This document shows, in pieces, positions 46,374-60,385 of a stretch of 64,000 nt of DNA. This DNA comes from the human T2T-CHM13v2.0 reference genome, Homo sapiens. The DNA lies in assembly GCF_009914755.1 (NCBI RefSeq), contig NC_060931.1. One strand, 5' to 3'. A program made the translations under genes and the position numbers. How positions within the stretch are numbered: position 1 is the stretch's first letter; each line of letters opens with the position of its first letter. The notes beneath the pieces were generated by a model, which did not search any database, was not told where the DNA came from, and saw nothing but the letters and a program-made list of their open reading frames with translations.

Positions 46374-47604
46374 TTATGTGCTTGTATTTCTTTTCTGTTA
46401 ATATTTAGATCTATAGTTTATTTGCAGCTACTGTAAATTTTGATACATCAGATTTATCGAACATGCTACAAAGAGTAAATTATGTCATAGTTTGCTATTT
46501 TCTCATTTAGATATTACTCCATACAATACAGAACATAAGCTTTGGGCATGTTTGATTAGTAATTTAAGAATCCTTTCTATCTATACAAGTAGTGACCTAC
46601 GCATCCTCCATTTGGCCTCCAGTGTGCAATTCTGTGTGATTAACATTTTAAAATTTCCTATTTTTTTAATGCTAACTTTTGTAATCTTCAGGTGTCAGAC
46701 GTTTAGATGAAAACAGTACATCTGCTAAATTATTACTCAAAATATTACATATTTTATGCAAAATTGAATGGTTCACCTACAGGTAGAATGAAGAGAAACA
46801 AACAGGCAAAATTATTCTTTCAGTTCTGTTCTTATCATCATACAGTTGGGTCTGCTTATTACTAAGGTTAGATCAAAGGCCTGAGATAATTTAGCTAGTT
46901 TCCTATCTAGATAAACCTAGACTTGGTCTAAAGCCACCTAGCAGCTCTGTGACTTGCTATGATTTAGGGCTGCTGTTATCTCCCAAATACTGGTTGTAAA
47001 TTAATGAATGAATCCAGAAGTTAAAGATAACTGAGACTTTTACAACATGAAGATTTTCCTGACTGAAATAAACCAGGTCATGTGTCACTCATTTATATTT
47101 TAAATTGGTTTAATTAGTCTGCTCCTCTGTGATCACCTAGTGAACATAAGCTCTTTTGGGGAAACAGAAGTTTTGAGAGAGAAGGAGATGAGGGGATAGT
47201 AAGAAAGGGATGGTTTTGGAGTGGATAATGAAAGCTATGATCAGATGAAAGTGTTGCAGATGGGAACATGGCCGTTCTGGACAGGGTATCGCCATGGATG
47301 ACTTAATAACTTGGGACATGGGGTAAATAAAAATAGAACCGTAAGGAATACTTGGGGAGGGGGTGTAATTGACCCTAAAATAATTGTGGAAAGCCAAGAC
47401 TATCTGATATTTTTTGATATCAAAGAAATATAACCTAGAAAGTCAGAAAAAAACTTTAGCATTTAGTTCACTAAAAGAAATAATGATCCAAACTAATTGA
47501 TATGCCTGCCTTAAACACAGTTTTCTATGAATTTTAGGCTCATATACCCTTATAGGAAAAACATGATCACACACACACAAATAGCATGTTTTTCGAGAAT
47601 TATT

Positions 47605-47720
47605 AAATATTGGGAACCTGAAGGTATCCTAGAGATCCTAAGATCCAAACTCTTCATTTAGTAAGTGAAGTAAACAAGTCCCAGAAGATTAAGTGAATTG
47701 GCCAGGTCATAGAGCCCATC
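47605..47720 (-). mobile_element. MIR/MIR3 fragment
   Basis: ccaaactcttcattt...cccagaagattaagtgaattggccaggtcatagagc. Confidence 0.55.
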
Positions 47721-48305
47721 TTCATGCAGGATTTTATAGTCTGAAGTGATATTTCAAAATTGGGGGATAAATGCTTCAGACCTTTCAAAATTTAATTATT
47801 GTAGAATATAGATTAGTGACTAAAATGAAAAGAAAAAGTTTCAGGAAGATAATCTCTATTATTTTGGTATAAATGTTGACGAAGAAGAGATAAAAAATAT
47901 TTTTATGGCAACGGCTTGTTGGATACGTTGCCGAATTTTCTTTAAACAATATGAAATGATTTTTAGTAGGAAAGTGTCAGTGCTGTATGTGTGTGTGTAT
48001 ATGTTACACTTTCTCCGCCACTTCCAAGCCATTCACAGTTAAACAGGATTTCACTCAAACATTGTAACAGCAGTTGCCAAAGCACTAAACTCTGTATGTT
48101 TTTGGATGTCTTGGTACAAAGAATAAGTAACAGGAGAAACACCCTCAGGGAAAGTTTAGAAACTCTGTGTAGCTTTTTTCACTTTAATAATTACAACAGT
48201 GTTAATTCACAGCCTCTTTGACTAGACACTTAGGATTTAAGTAGCCTAGCAATTCTGCCTTCAGCTACTAGTGAGTTCTTTTGCATATTTATCAGATGTG
48301 CCCGC

Positions 48306-48422
48306 CTTTCTTTTTATTTCATTTTTTTCTTTTTTTCTTTCCTTTTCTCTTCCTTTCCTTTTCTTTCTTCCTTTCTTTATCCTTCATTTTTCTTTCTTTT
48401 CCTTCCTTTTAATTTATTTTTT
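48306..48422. repeat. Pyrimidine-rich low-complexity tract
   Basis: Direct read. Confidence 0.85.
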
Positions 48423-48739
48423 AAAGTTGTTAAACTTTAAGATAAAATCAATGGGGCATATATCCATTCTCTATCAAAATAGATCTGCCTTATAAATATG
48501 TTTCATTTAAAAGTCGATAAATTTTTAAATTCCCAGTATTAATGTGTGATTATTTTATTTGCATTATCTCTTTTTTTAACCTAGTATATTAAAATGTATG
48601 TATTCAACACACAGCTGCTGAGGAGCTCTCTCCCACCTTCATTCTTCCTCAATCAACAGCCCTCTCTATACTAGGCACTGTTGTAGGAAGTAATGATTGT
48701 TGTAGCCTCCATTTATTCTTCATACCAAATACTAAATTA

Positions 48740-48930
48740 TTTAGGTTCAATTTGCCGTAATGTAATCTTCACCACAGTCTTTGAAGTTGTATATCATTGT
48801 CCTCACTTTATGTATTAAACAAAATTTTAAAAAATGTTCAAAGAAGTTAATATCACCAAGGTCAGTAACCAGTAAGTAAGTTTGTCGTGGTTCAAAACCA
48901 GTTCATCTGAAGTTCAGAGTCGGGTGTATG
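48740..48930 (-). mobile_element. MIR fragment
   Basis: taatcttcaccacagtctttgaag...aagttaa...ccaaggtca...ccagtaagt...ttcaaaaccag...tctga. Confidence 0.55.
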
Positions 48931-51634
48931 TGCTGTGCCTTGTAGACTGTGTTTGAACACAAAAGCAGGAGGAGGGATATCATATGCTACTGGTTTTCTT
49001 CCTTCTACTCTGCCTACTATCTTCTTTCTTGGCTCCACTTTTCCCAGGGCATAGTCTATAAATTTCTGAGAAACATTTTGCACTTCTGTTATGAGTAGGA
49101 ACTCTTTCATGACTTCAACGTTGCATTTGAATGCATATGCTTCTGCAAAATGTACCATCATCAAGTTACTTTAAGCACTTTGGGGGAACAACATGATGAC
49201 TATACCCAACTTTGCCAACATACCCATGATATGCATGATTCACTTTCATTATTTTAGTATAAATGATGCCAAAATAAATAGAATAAGGAGGTTAGGATTT
49301 AGGAGAGTTGGGTGTTTCAGCTCTGCCACTAAACATCTCTGATATTTGGGACTAATATCTTAATATTTATTGGCTTTAGCTTTCTTATCAGTAACAGAAA
49401 AAAAGTTCTAGATGTGTTTAGGGTAACATGCCATGATAAATTTTTATTATTATTTCTAATAAGAGTAGCACAAGGCTTAGCATATAGTAACATTTGCAAA
49501 TCTTAAGTGTCTAAATCAATGCGGTTTTACATATCCTTCCATAACCGTGCCACTTGATAATACATTTTTTTCTCATGCCATCCAATAACTTTTTTTCTCT
49601 AAAAATAGGACTAGGATAGTAACTGCAGAATAACTAAAGACTTCACTTTTTTACTGCTCAGATGAACATTCAAAATAAGTATTATATGGAATTTTGCTGT
49701 AGTTTTATGCTTACTTGGCAACACAAGCCTGGCCTTGTTTCTGTAACTCAAGGTTTTTGACCATGAATGGAAGTTAAATTTTATAATCAGAGCATTTTCT
49801 AAGTCTTGTCCCACAAAAAAATAAAATATAATAAAATGGAAACTGTTCAGGCCCTAGAGAGAATTTGCTGGTCAAGCACATATTTACACAAGTAGAGTGC
49901 ATGGCACTCTTGATATTGTTTCTTTTTCAGGAGCTGATTTAATATCCTGCCTTATGTTGATGTGCAGGCTCATTGGTCATGTAGGTTAGCTTAGAGCTTA
50001 TATTCCCATTCTTATTATTTCTGGAATATATTTTAATGTCCAGGTTATGTTGAAACTTATTCTAATAATAAAAATAGCTGCAATACAGAGTCTCCAGTGC
50101 TCACAGAAATAATGTAGAAACAATACTTTATTTAATAAAAAAGAAAAAGAAAATTTTAAATCTAAAATATTTAGTATCTTCTTCCCTGAAAGCAAACTGG
50201 AGAGGAAATATGAATGAGAATAACTGTGTACTTGTGTGAGAAAAAGATTCTAGAGACAAGAGAATCTTTTTGTTTGTTTGTTTGATTTTGTCTAGGTAGG
50301 ATACTTCACTAGTCCAATAATCTTTCCTCTAATGTTTAACAACATTCCCACAGTAACACTCCTGAAAATGGCTATGCAATTGGGAAGCTCAAAAATTTGT
50401 AGGAGACATGTACATATTATCTGTACATATTTTCATTCTTAGGAAAATAGCAAGTCTACATATAGGCAAGCAGAGAACCATTTCCTTTCTTTCTGGTTCA
50501 TCACACTTCCCCAAGAATACATAGAATGTGTTCTTCCAAAGCAGCAAAAGGGATCCTCTCATGAGTTCTTTTTTTCACAGCTTGTTACAACTGCATGTTT
50601 ATGCATCTTTTCTTATCCATTTCCATCGCTTCACTTTGGATCTCTGCACAGGATTCTGACAAGCTCTTTCTCCTTCTGGCACAGCAGATTAATCCTTTTC
50701 TAACACAACTTTTACCCTTTAAATTATTGATTTGAAAATATCCTTCCCAAATCTAACTTCATTCTGTTTGACTTCGTAGGCACTCACGTCTGATCCAGCC
50801 TCACACATCGAACTTCCTCACTGTTCCCTTGCTAACTCATGTCTCTCTCACTCTTGTACCTCTCTTGTAAGATCACATTTAACCACTTCCTAATATGCTG
50901 TATCTGTACTCCAATTTTCTATCTAGGTCCTGCTCATCTTTCTATGTCCTATTAAATACCACCTTTTAGTGAGAGCTTCTCTTGTCATTGTTCGTATTTC
51001 TTGTTCCTTTATTTTATACATTACCATTTAATTCTATTAAAAATTCCTTTTAGCTAACAACTACAATCACAGTTATCCTATAAATGTTCTCTTCTTGGAA
51101 TGGTATTTTTGGACATTCCATGTTTTGCAAAAGGCTTCTGTTTTCAAGATTTAAGCTTGATTCTGCTTTACTTTATAAATGTGTGCCATGTCCAGTGCCT
51201 CCGTTATTACCTCCCACCAGAGGATGCCAGGCCTTGAAGAACCCTGCCTGCATCTCACAATATAAGGAGAAGAAACCAGAACAATTGGTGTCTGGGATTC
51301 TAGCAGGACAGATCTCCCACTTGGTCCCATCAGCCATGGGATTCATTAGCTGCAGTTAACCCTTCATTGGTCCCAAACTCTTCTCTCTGAATATTGATGA
51401 GAAGATACCTGGAACTTTCATGGCCTTCCAGCATTTTCCCCCTGGTTTTAATCAAGCCTTTGGTAATGAGTTTGTGGCTTGCTCTCTTAATGAACCCTAT
51501 GGTATGATGAAAACTGGTACCCTCAGTAAAAGGCCATCCAACTGTGACTAAAGGGCTCAGAAACAAGAGGCTGAGTCAGCCAGTGCTGCCGCAGATCTGC
51601 TGTCAGCACCATCAGGAGAATTTATCACCACACA

Positions 51635-51670
<36 letters not shown>
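51635..51670. repeat. (AAT)12 microsatellite
   Basis: Direct read, pure repeat. Confidence 0.97.
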
Positions 51671-51674
<4 letters not shown>

Positions 51675-53324
51675 GTGTCACTGCAATTCCTACTAGAAAC
51701 TCAACTGCCATCAGAGTGCACAAAGTCCCAAATTTATATAAGGAACAGCTGGGTCACTTCCATGACATTCAAGCTTGGGCTGGAGTAGCGACGTTTTGTC
51801 TAAGCCAACTCAGAACCCTTTATAATACTCCTCCCACCTATAATTTTCTGTTTTAGGCTCTCTGAAATATCCTCCCTTTCTGTTACCTTTACCTGACCAT
51901 TACCTCGAGGAATCTCTCAAGGCTCACACTCGGAATCTTTTTTACTGCAGCTTGTAGTCCACAGTAGCTGGCTCTTTACTTTGGGCACAGCTATTGATCT
52001 CTGCCCGGAAGTATGGACTTGATCTTGGGACTTCCCCCTAGGTCTCAAGGTCTCCCTTGTGAAGGCTACCTATTTTGTTTTCCCTTTCTTCCATATGCCC
52101 ATGCTCAACTCCCAAGATCCCAGATGCAGAAAAGCTCCAGCTTTGCCCCGAACCAACTACTCAGTATGCTCAAAAGCAAAAATCACGGACTATAAGTATG
52201 AGGAACTTAGGTGCTGTACTGAACTTTGCAACTCTCATAGTATCTAACAGAATGAGGTTACATGTTAAGTATTATTTGATTAATCAATTGATAAAATGTC
52301 TTGTAGATAAACAAACAAGAATCCAAATAGGACCACAAAAATGAAACCTGAGACTTCCAAAATAACCGAAATGGCAGGCAGTCCATGAGATAGTGTGGAA
52401 CATAATTGACACTAAATAGACTCCAAACAACAAAAGATTGTGTAATCCTAAACACTGAAGCCTACTGTAAGAAATTATAATACTGTATGATGCTAATATG
52501 GAGAATTACAGTAGGGATTAATTAAATGATAAGAGCTAAGAGAAGAAACATTAGTTAATAGAATATATTTTAATTTTTATTTTTGTGTTCTGCTCTATTC
52601 TCTTGGTCTCAGGCTCAGCTAAATACCATACGTAGAAGGATTACCAACCTCTTCCTGAAAGCTTGAATTACAGTTCCCCAGGTGGATATTGGTACTTCAT
52701 GAAGGATGGTTGGAGTTGCTGAATATTTTACAAAGGAAATGCGTGTGGCTCAAAGGATAATCTAGTTATCTTGATGAATTTATCCTTTGTAGTTGAAAGA
52801 AGTTTTGAAACATTAGACTTCAAAGAAAAGCAGGAAAGTGATTGAGCATTTATGTAAATACTCCCTAATTGCAAAAAAGTGGTTCTTAGACATTTCTAAA
52901 TTGAGTGAGATAAACATCAAAAGTGCTACATTATTTTCTATTTTACAAGTGTCACTATCTCTCTTTCCCTCCATATTCAGAGATGGTTTTTCTGTATCAT
53001 TTCTGCTAAAAGTTAAAGAAATAAAAACGAACATCCCATATTCCAAAAATCACGCTCAAACATGGGAGATATTTTGAATTCAGAACACAGGTTGTCCAAA
53101 AATTAATATTACGTCCAGTGGTCAGTTTCCCAGGCCAATCCATAAACATTCTATAAACCCTAGACTATAGCTTAAATCTAGTCTAAACATAACACATTTG
53201 TATTAAAATATGTAGAGTAAGCTATCCTGTAAAGATTGTAAGAAAGAAGATTAAAAAACACAATTGAAAAAAAAATACTACTTTTTAGTGCGATGGCTGG
53301 GAGGAAAGTATGTTTAATTAGAGC

Positions 53325-53510
53325 AAGGAACAGCAAACCAAACTGCAGACTAAATCAGGCCACCCACCTATTGGTTTATATTTTTTTCATGGCTCTTTCA
53401 TCCTACCATGGCAAAGTTGAGTAACTTCGATAGAGACCATGTAACTCTCAAAGCCAAGAGTATTTACGGGTTGGAACTTTCCAGGAAAAAAAAGAAACAC
53501 ACAAATGCTG
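53325..53510 (+). mobile_element. MER58A (hAT-Charlie), internally deleted
   Basis: atggctctttc...ggcaaagttgagtaacttcgatagagacc...caaagcc...tatttac. Confidence 0.7.
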
Positions 53511-53569
53511 GCTCTGAATTGAAAGAGGAACAGGAGCTAGATGGAACTCTCTGTAAATTTTAATGTTAA

Positions 53570-53680
53570 CTTCTGTACTGTGAGCTCCTCCAAGGGAGCA
53601 GTGCTGTGGCTCGGGCATCCTCTCTCCAGAGATGAGGCTCGTGCCTGGCACGTAGTAAGTGCTTTGATACAGTTCTAGTA
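53570..53680 (+). mobile_element. L2 3' end fragment
   Basis: actgtgagctcc...gtgcctggcacgtagtaagtgct. Confidence 0.6.
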
Positions 53681-56379
53681 AATTCCAAGGGCTTGATAAA
53701 GCAATTCCTCTAGTTCTTTCTCATTTCATTTCAGTTCAAAAATTACACATATAATTAAATATTATTTTCAGGGAGTGAACTTTTTATTATTCTTTTTTTT
53801 TTTTTTTTTGTAGAACACACCGAGCTTCTTTCTGTGGGCTAAAGTAGGCTTCAGTTTTCTAAACCATGCATGGGTATTTGGTGTAGGTACTTGGAATTAA
53901 AATAAATATTCTGTCTGGAGTATGTCCTCAGATATAAATTTTTAAGATAAAAGTCAGTAATTATCTTATTCAGTAATCTTTCCATCAGGCATTTTTATTT
54001 ATGTAATGTATCATACCGAGAGAGGTGTTAAAATTGTTTCTCTCAACTTGTTTGGCAATTGCTGACAATTATTGCGTAATAGATGTGTCAGTGCATACAG
54101 CCAGATTTTTGTTAAGGATTGTAATCACTGTCAGTAAAACAAACCCTCTCAATCCCATATCATAAAATGTGTGCTAAATTCTACTCTGCATATTACTGAT
54201 ATTGCATTCATGTTTGCCTATTTCCATTTTCTTAATTTTATTCAGTGGTGTTTACTGAATGCCCCCAATAAAGAATAGGGAATTGTGGCTCATTTTTATC
54301 TTACCTTTACCTTCATTCCCCCAAACAGCAGCAACAAAAGCAACAGAAGGAAAAATGATTTTGTTTTTCTGTCTTCTTTCATGCTGTACATATCTTTCTT
54401 ACTGTACACTTTCCCTCAAGAATTATACGCTTTAAATTTGATTTGATATATGCTTATTCAATTATACATGTTACTTGATAACTAACTTTTATCATAGTTA
54501 TTGAAGTCTACATTCAATAGGTATGAATCATAAACTATTCAATTGAATCTGTACTTTCTTCCAGTTTCATATCATAATTAAAAATAACTTAATCACTTTT
54601 ATAGTGTCTTGCATTTCCTTGGTGTATTATGTATTTCAAATAGACTTTCTGTTGCCTTTATATATGAATGACAATTTGGATATGAAATCCTTGGTCACAT
54701 TCTTTTTTCTGCCCAAATGCTGTAATCTTCTGGTATCTAATATTATGGAAGACAAATCTGAAATAACTTGATTTATTTTTGTATTGTGGATGGCATGTCC
54801 CTTCTACCTGGAAGTTTATGGCATCCTTTATTTTTGGAACCAATAATCCTTTCACAGAATGTTTTCATGTGGTTCATTTTCATTAATTTTATGCTATTTA
54901 CATTTTAAGAATGCATAATGCATTCAAACAACTTACCTCTATTCAAGAACCTAGTAAATATTAAAGCTAGGGCCAGAAATCAGTCTCTTATATCCCGTTT
55001 CTATCCTCTTTCTTCCTAGTTACTCCACTAGCCCTGCATCTTAAAACACTCATTGCAGTGTAATTGTATTTATTCTTGCAGAAAAAGTCTTAGTTTAGTC
55101 TCAAACTTAGAAATAATTTTTTAAAGTCTAGTCAGGTCACTAGTATTGTTGAGGGAAGCCCATGAATGGCTTTTTCCTAAGGGAAGAGTGATTCTGAGAG
55201 CAGGTAATTGTCACTCAGAATATCATCCCACCCAACTCTGGTAAATGTGAGTAGAACATGAAAGAACCCTCAAGCGTTAGCACCCTTGCTTCAGACATCT
55301 TCTGCTCTAACAGAAGATGGGTCACAGCAGAGGTGTTACATGTGGGAGGTAGACCACACTGTTGGCAGGCCTGATGGCTGCTTTTGGCAATGGTAGAAGC
55401 AAAGGAAGTTCACCCACTGAGAGCCGAAGAAGAGAAAATGGCATGGGCCACAAAGTAGCCAAGGATATTCTACTCCATAGCACATACTATGTGGAAAAAT
55501 TCTGCAGAATCCACAAAACTATACATTATCACAGAATCAAATCCCATAAATATTGTCTTGTGATTCTTTGTGACCCTGTGACTTTCCTCTTTCCAAATTT
55601 GATATGACCTGGCTTAAGTAAGATATATTGTTTTCTTTTTACCCTCTCCCTTTTTCTTACCTTCTCCCATTCATATACTCTCTCTCCTCCCCCTCCTTCC
55701 CTCTCTTTCTCCCTCTCCTATTCTTTTCTCTGAAAACTTACTAAGGGCCATCTTTGTGATAAGAAATTCAACCAACAACACGGAACTCTCTCTTATTCAG
55801 ATTCAGGTTTATTATGGCCACATTTTCTGCCTTCCTTTGACAAATCATGGATTATTATGAAGCATGAAACCCTTCAGTCTGAAAACTATAATAACAAATG
55901 TGAGGTAGTTTTTCCACAACCCATTAATACGTTTCTATTGCTAACCTGCCTGTTCCCATGCTCTTGTGCATTTATTATTAATACTGTGAGCAGAACAGTT
56001 CCTCTGAGATTTGGATAGTTTTAAAACTCACAATTCTATGCCTTTCTCTATAATCGTAATATTTTAGAGTATGTATTAGGCTATGGATAAATTAAAACAT
56101 ATCACAATAGAATATGTAATGAAGACCTTAGGTGAGTTTATCACAAATGACAAAGGAAAACTATCCCTGAAGAAAAAACAATCCATATTGAAACAGGATA
56201 AGAACAACCACAAAAAATTCCATAAGGAATCTGATGAACATTTGAGTGACTGATACTGAATTCAGCCCATTCTTCTTGATGTGAGTGAGATTTGAAACAG
56301 TACAGTGAGCTTTTCCAGTATAGCATTTTTGGAACGTGAATTACCGTACATACCACTAACATAGAACTCAAAGTATATT

Positions 56380-56520
56380 AAGGCTGCAAGAGAGCTTGGC
56401 AGTCATTTAATATCTTACTTTTCAGATGGAGAAACTGATGCAGATAAAAGGCAGTTGCACGCCCTAAGCATTTAGCTAGTTCGAGGCAGAACCTGAACTA
56501 AAGCCAAATGTAAAGTCTCT
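56380..56520 (-). mobile_element. MIR fragment
   Basis: ttttcagatggagaaactgatgca...gctagtt..ggcagaacctgaacta. Confidence 0.6.
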
Positions 56521-56915
56521 TAATGCCAAGTTTTCTTCACTTTATCGAGTTTCCTTCTGTGTCCTGCAACACATGGCTTAGACAGGTTAATTTGTTCTAG
56601 AAAATGTTAGATATACCTTGGACTCATCTGATTCTAGGCTATTATGTCAAAGTAATATGTCATTTCAGGTGATTCTCTTAATATGAGACATAAAATTATT
56701 CTCAGCATGAAATTTGAAATGGTTTAAAAATTTTGCAATCAGCATACCCACCACCAACCAAATAATAAAGTTCATTTATTTTGCATCTTATATCATGAAT
56801 AGACTAGAGCACACCAAACCACTGAGTTATTGAACTTGCATCTGGCAGAAATCAATTTGACATCCCAATTTGGCTATTTCTAGGCCATATGAGTAATGTC
56901 ATAACTGTGTTACAT

Positions 56916-57000
56916 CAGTGGTTTTTCAAATGTGGCTGTACATTATAACCACCCAGGTAAAATTAAATCAGAATCTCTGGAGGGAGGGCCTGAGCTTCTG
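56916..57000. mobile_element. MER5 fragment
   Basis: cagtggtttttcaaa...aattaaatcagaatctctggagggagggcc. Confidence 0.55.
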
Positions 57001-59096
57001 TTTGTGATAAACTAATTAGAGAGTTTTACTAGTAATGATGTGTTATAGTAATTATGAATTTTATTACACAAAAGCTACTTTTAATCACAATACTCAGAAA
57101 CACAGATTGATAATAAATCTATTTGTAATCATAAAGTAAAAATCAAAGAATGAGAAATGCTTCAATTTTAGACATTTTCTAATTCTCTCAGGTAATGAAA
57201 TTCAGACTTTGTTCTTTGATCCATACTCTCTCAATCTGTAAAATAGAATAACATTTCTTGTCTCACAAAACAATTACGAAAATTATGTTGGCCACATGAT
57301 AATATGCCTTACATTGTGTACATAGTTAATGCTCAATTAATATTATCCTTGATGACAATGGTGATGATGATGTTGATTAATAATACTTAATAATACTTCA
57401 GCTTCAATAAATTAAATAGGTTTCCGGTCCTATGCCCATTCAAGGCTTGCATGAGGATTCCAGCTTGCAATATAGACATCTTAGTTTAAATTCTTACTAC
57501 CACTTATAGATTATTTAGTGGAAAGCTAAAAGTATTAGTAGTTTAAGACTAATGGGGCATCTTAGAGAAACACAGAAGGTGGAACAAAGTCTATACATAT
57601 GCACAAAGCAGTTTAAAATTAAACAGATTTAAGAATTTAGACATTGTCAAAGAGAAAGTTAAAGAGTAGATTTTCTGGTTTGACCTTTTAGCAAGAAAGT
57701 AAATGAGAAGAGAAGAGATAGGACCATGGAGGTGACATTTTGCAGGTGCGACTGAGTGAGGGCCCTTGAAATTCAACATAAATCATTTGAATTTCAACAT
57801 TCAGATGTGATTCTTGAACACTTTTGCTCATTTAATGTAATCATTTGAAGCCTTATCACACTTCAATTGAAAGTAACTTACAGCTGTTTATATTGAGAGT
57901 TTATCATGTAGAACACTCTTTTAACAATATGAAATACTGTCCAATCACTCTGGTTGCCATATCTAATGTTTCTTTTGCACATGATCCCATAAATTACTTT
58001 AATGGAGGAGTAATTTTCTCACATAAGTTTGTGATTTTGTGGCTAATCTTCTGAGAACATACGTTCACAGACACTAAAGACAGCACTCTGACTTATAATA
58101 TGTCAGGTAATAACGGAGATATACTTCAAAGAAGCGATTTCCTTACTGACCCTTGGTAAGAACCCAGGAAAATGATGCAAACCTCATGCGTTCGTTTGTT
58201 AATTAGGAGACTGAACATTCATTTCTACTGCCTTTTATATGTGCAGGAAGGCTTCTGGCTCTGGCCATTCTGCAAACCAAGGAGATAAGCAGTGACCTGC
58301 AGTGGTGCTCTTTCCCTGTTCTGGGCTTTATTCTTCTATGCAGGAACCAATATCAGCACTGTCGTTGAGTTGTACTTCATCAACTTAGAAAGACTGTTGA
58401 AGTACGATAAAGGATGCACAAAGCTGTTTTATTTCAGTAGACCCTTTTTATCAGTGTCTGTGATAATTGTAGCAATAGCATGGCTCTACCACATCAACAA
58501 ACCATCTGTGGGCCCTTTTTCACCATTGCTCTGGCCCTTTCCAGAAAAATGTGCCACATCCCTGTGGTACCAAAACCCTTTGGCAGGAGATATCATGGCT
58601 TCAAAATAAGAGTGTCCACCTTCGCCTTACAATCAGGATTGATGCATTCAGATTTGGTAAAGAAACACATAAGAAGCATTCTCAAAACTTTTATAAGTGA
58701 TAATGGAAAGTAAAGCAGAATTGTTACATTCCTCATGAAGTTCAAGAGGTATACATGAATACCAAAGTGACAAAATCCTCTTGCTCACAGCACCAATAGT
58801 GACAGTGACCATTTAATACATGCTTTTTTTAATGAAAAGAAGAAGACAGATCCCTTCTCTCTCTTTCTAAACAGACATCTAGTCATTAAGAACATGAAAA
58901 ATGTCATTCATGTTTTCCCTAAAAAGCATTTTCTAAAATTTAGTGGTCCAAGAAGTAAATGTCCAGTGTAGCAACAAATTACAACACAGCAAAATTTGAC
59001 TTTAATCATATGAATCTATCACTCACAGTTGCAGAGGTTTGGCTAAGTTCATAATGTAGGTATTATGTGTATGTAGTATTCTTTCTGGTCACCAAT

Positions 59097-60226
59097 TATT
59101 GGGGGAACCACCCCCAATAATTCAATGTAGGTTCTTTTCAGATATCGGGGGAACCACCCCTGATAATTCAACGTAGGTTCTTTTCTATTTTCCCTGAGTG
59201 TTGGCTGGTCTGAGTAATAAAGGGAAAGAGTACAAAACAGACAAATTTTAAAGCTGGGTGTCCAGGGGGGACATCATATGTCGGCAGGTTCTGTGATGCC
59301 CCCTGAGCCGCAAAACCAGCAAGTTTGTATTAGTGATTTTTAAAGGGGAGGGAGTGTACGAATAGGGTGTGGGTCACAGAGATCACATGCTTCACAAGGC
59401 AATAAAATATCACAAGGCAAATGGGGACAGAGCGAGATCAGAGGACCGTGGTGAAATTAAAATTGCTAATGAAGTTTTGGGCACATATTGTCATTGATAA
59501 CATCTTATCAGGAGACAGGGTTTGAGAGCAGACAGCCGGTCTGAGTAAAATTTGCTAGGCAGGAATTTCCTCGTCCTAATAGGCCTGGGAGTGCTACGGG
59601 AGACCAGGGCTTATTTCATCCCTTATCTTCAACCGTATCAACCGTATAAGACAGACACTCCCAGAGCGGCCATTTTAGAGACCTACCCCTGGGAATGCGT
59701 TCTCTTTCTCAGGGCTGTTCCTTGCTGAGAAAAAGAATTCAGCGATATTTCTCCTATTCACTTTTGTAAGAAGAGAAGTATGGCTCTGTTCTGCCCGGCT
59801 CTCAGGCAGTCAGACCTAATGGTTATCTCCCTTGTTCCCTGAACATTGCTGTTACCCTGTTCTTTTTTCAAGGTGCCCAGATTTCATATTGTTTAAACAC
59901 ACATGCTTTACGAACAATTTGTGCAGTTAACGCAATCATCACAGGGTCTTGAGGCAACATACATCCTCAGCTTACGAAGATGACAGGATTAAGAGATTAA
60001 AGTAAAGACAGGCATAGGAAATCACAAGAGTATTGACTGGGGAAGTGATAAATGTCCATGAAATCTTCATAATTTATGTTCAGAGATTGCAGAAAGACAG
60101 GTGTAAGAAATTATAAAAGTATTAATTTGGGGAACTAATAAATGTCCATGAAATCTTCACAATTTATGTTCTTCTGCCATCGCTTCAGCCGGTCCCTCCG
60201 TTCGGGGTCCCTGACTTCCCACAACA
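59097..60226 (-). mobile_element. MER11 LTR (HERV-K11/HML-8) with a doubled 3' terminus
   Basis: Minus strand starts tgttgtgggaagtcagggaccccgaacggagggaccggctgaagc; exact 6-bp TSD ACCAAT at 59091-59096 and 60227-60232. Confidence 0.93.
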
Positions 60227-60385
60227 ACCAATAACTTTATTTAGTACGTTTAAAATATAGATTTTTCTCTTGACTTTAGTGTTCAAAGCAGCCTGTAAAT
60301 ACTTGTAACATGGAATTTTTAGCCTGCCCCCCAAAAAAGCATTCTAGTTTCTTTTCACAACATACTGCTAAATCAGAAACCCTAA

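Noticed and set aside
46670-46790. Branch point/acceptor (gctaac...ttcag) and weak donor; similar pattern at ~9698-9890
   Set aside because: Weak donors, no convincing coding frame; such signals are common in AT-rich DNA.
50241-50271. 11-bp-arm hairpin (also 10-bp arms at 52751-52789)
   Set aside because: AT-rich short arms, too small for a pre-miRNA and plausible by chance.
60045-60175. Direct repeat ataaatgtccatgaaatcttca.aatttatgttc
   Set aside because: Intrinsic feature of the MER11 LTR consensus.
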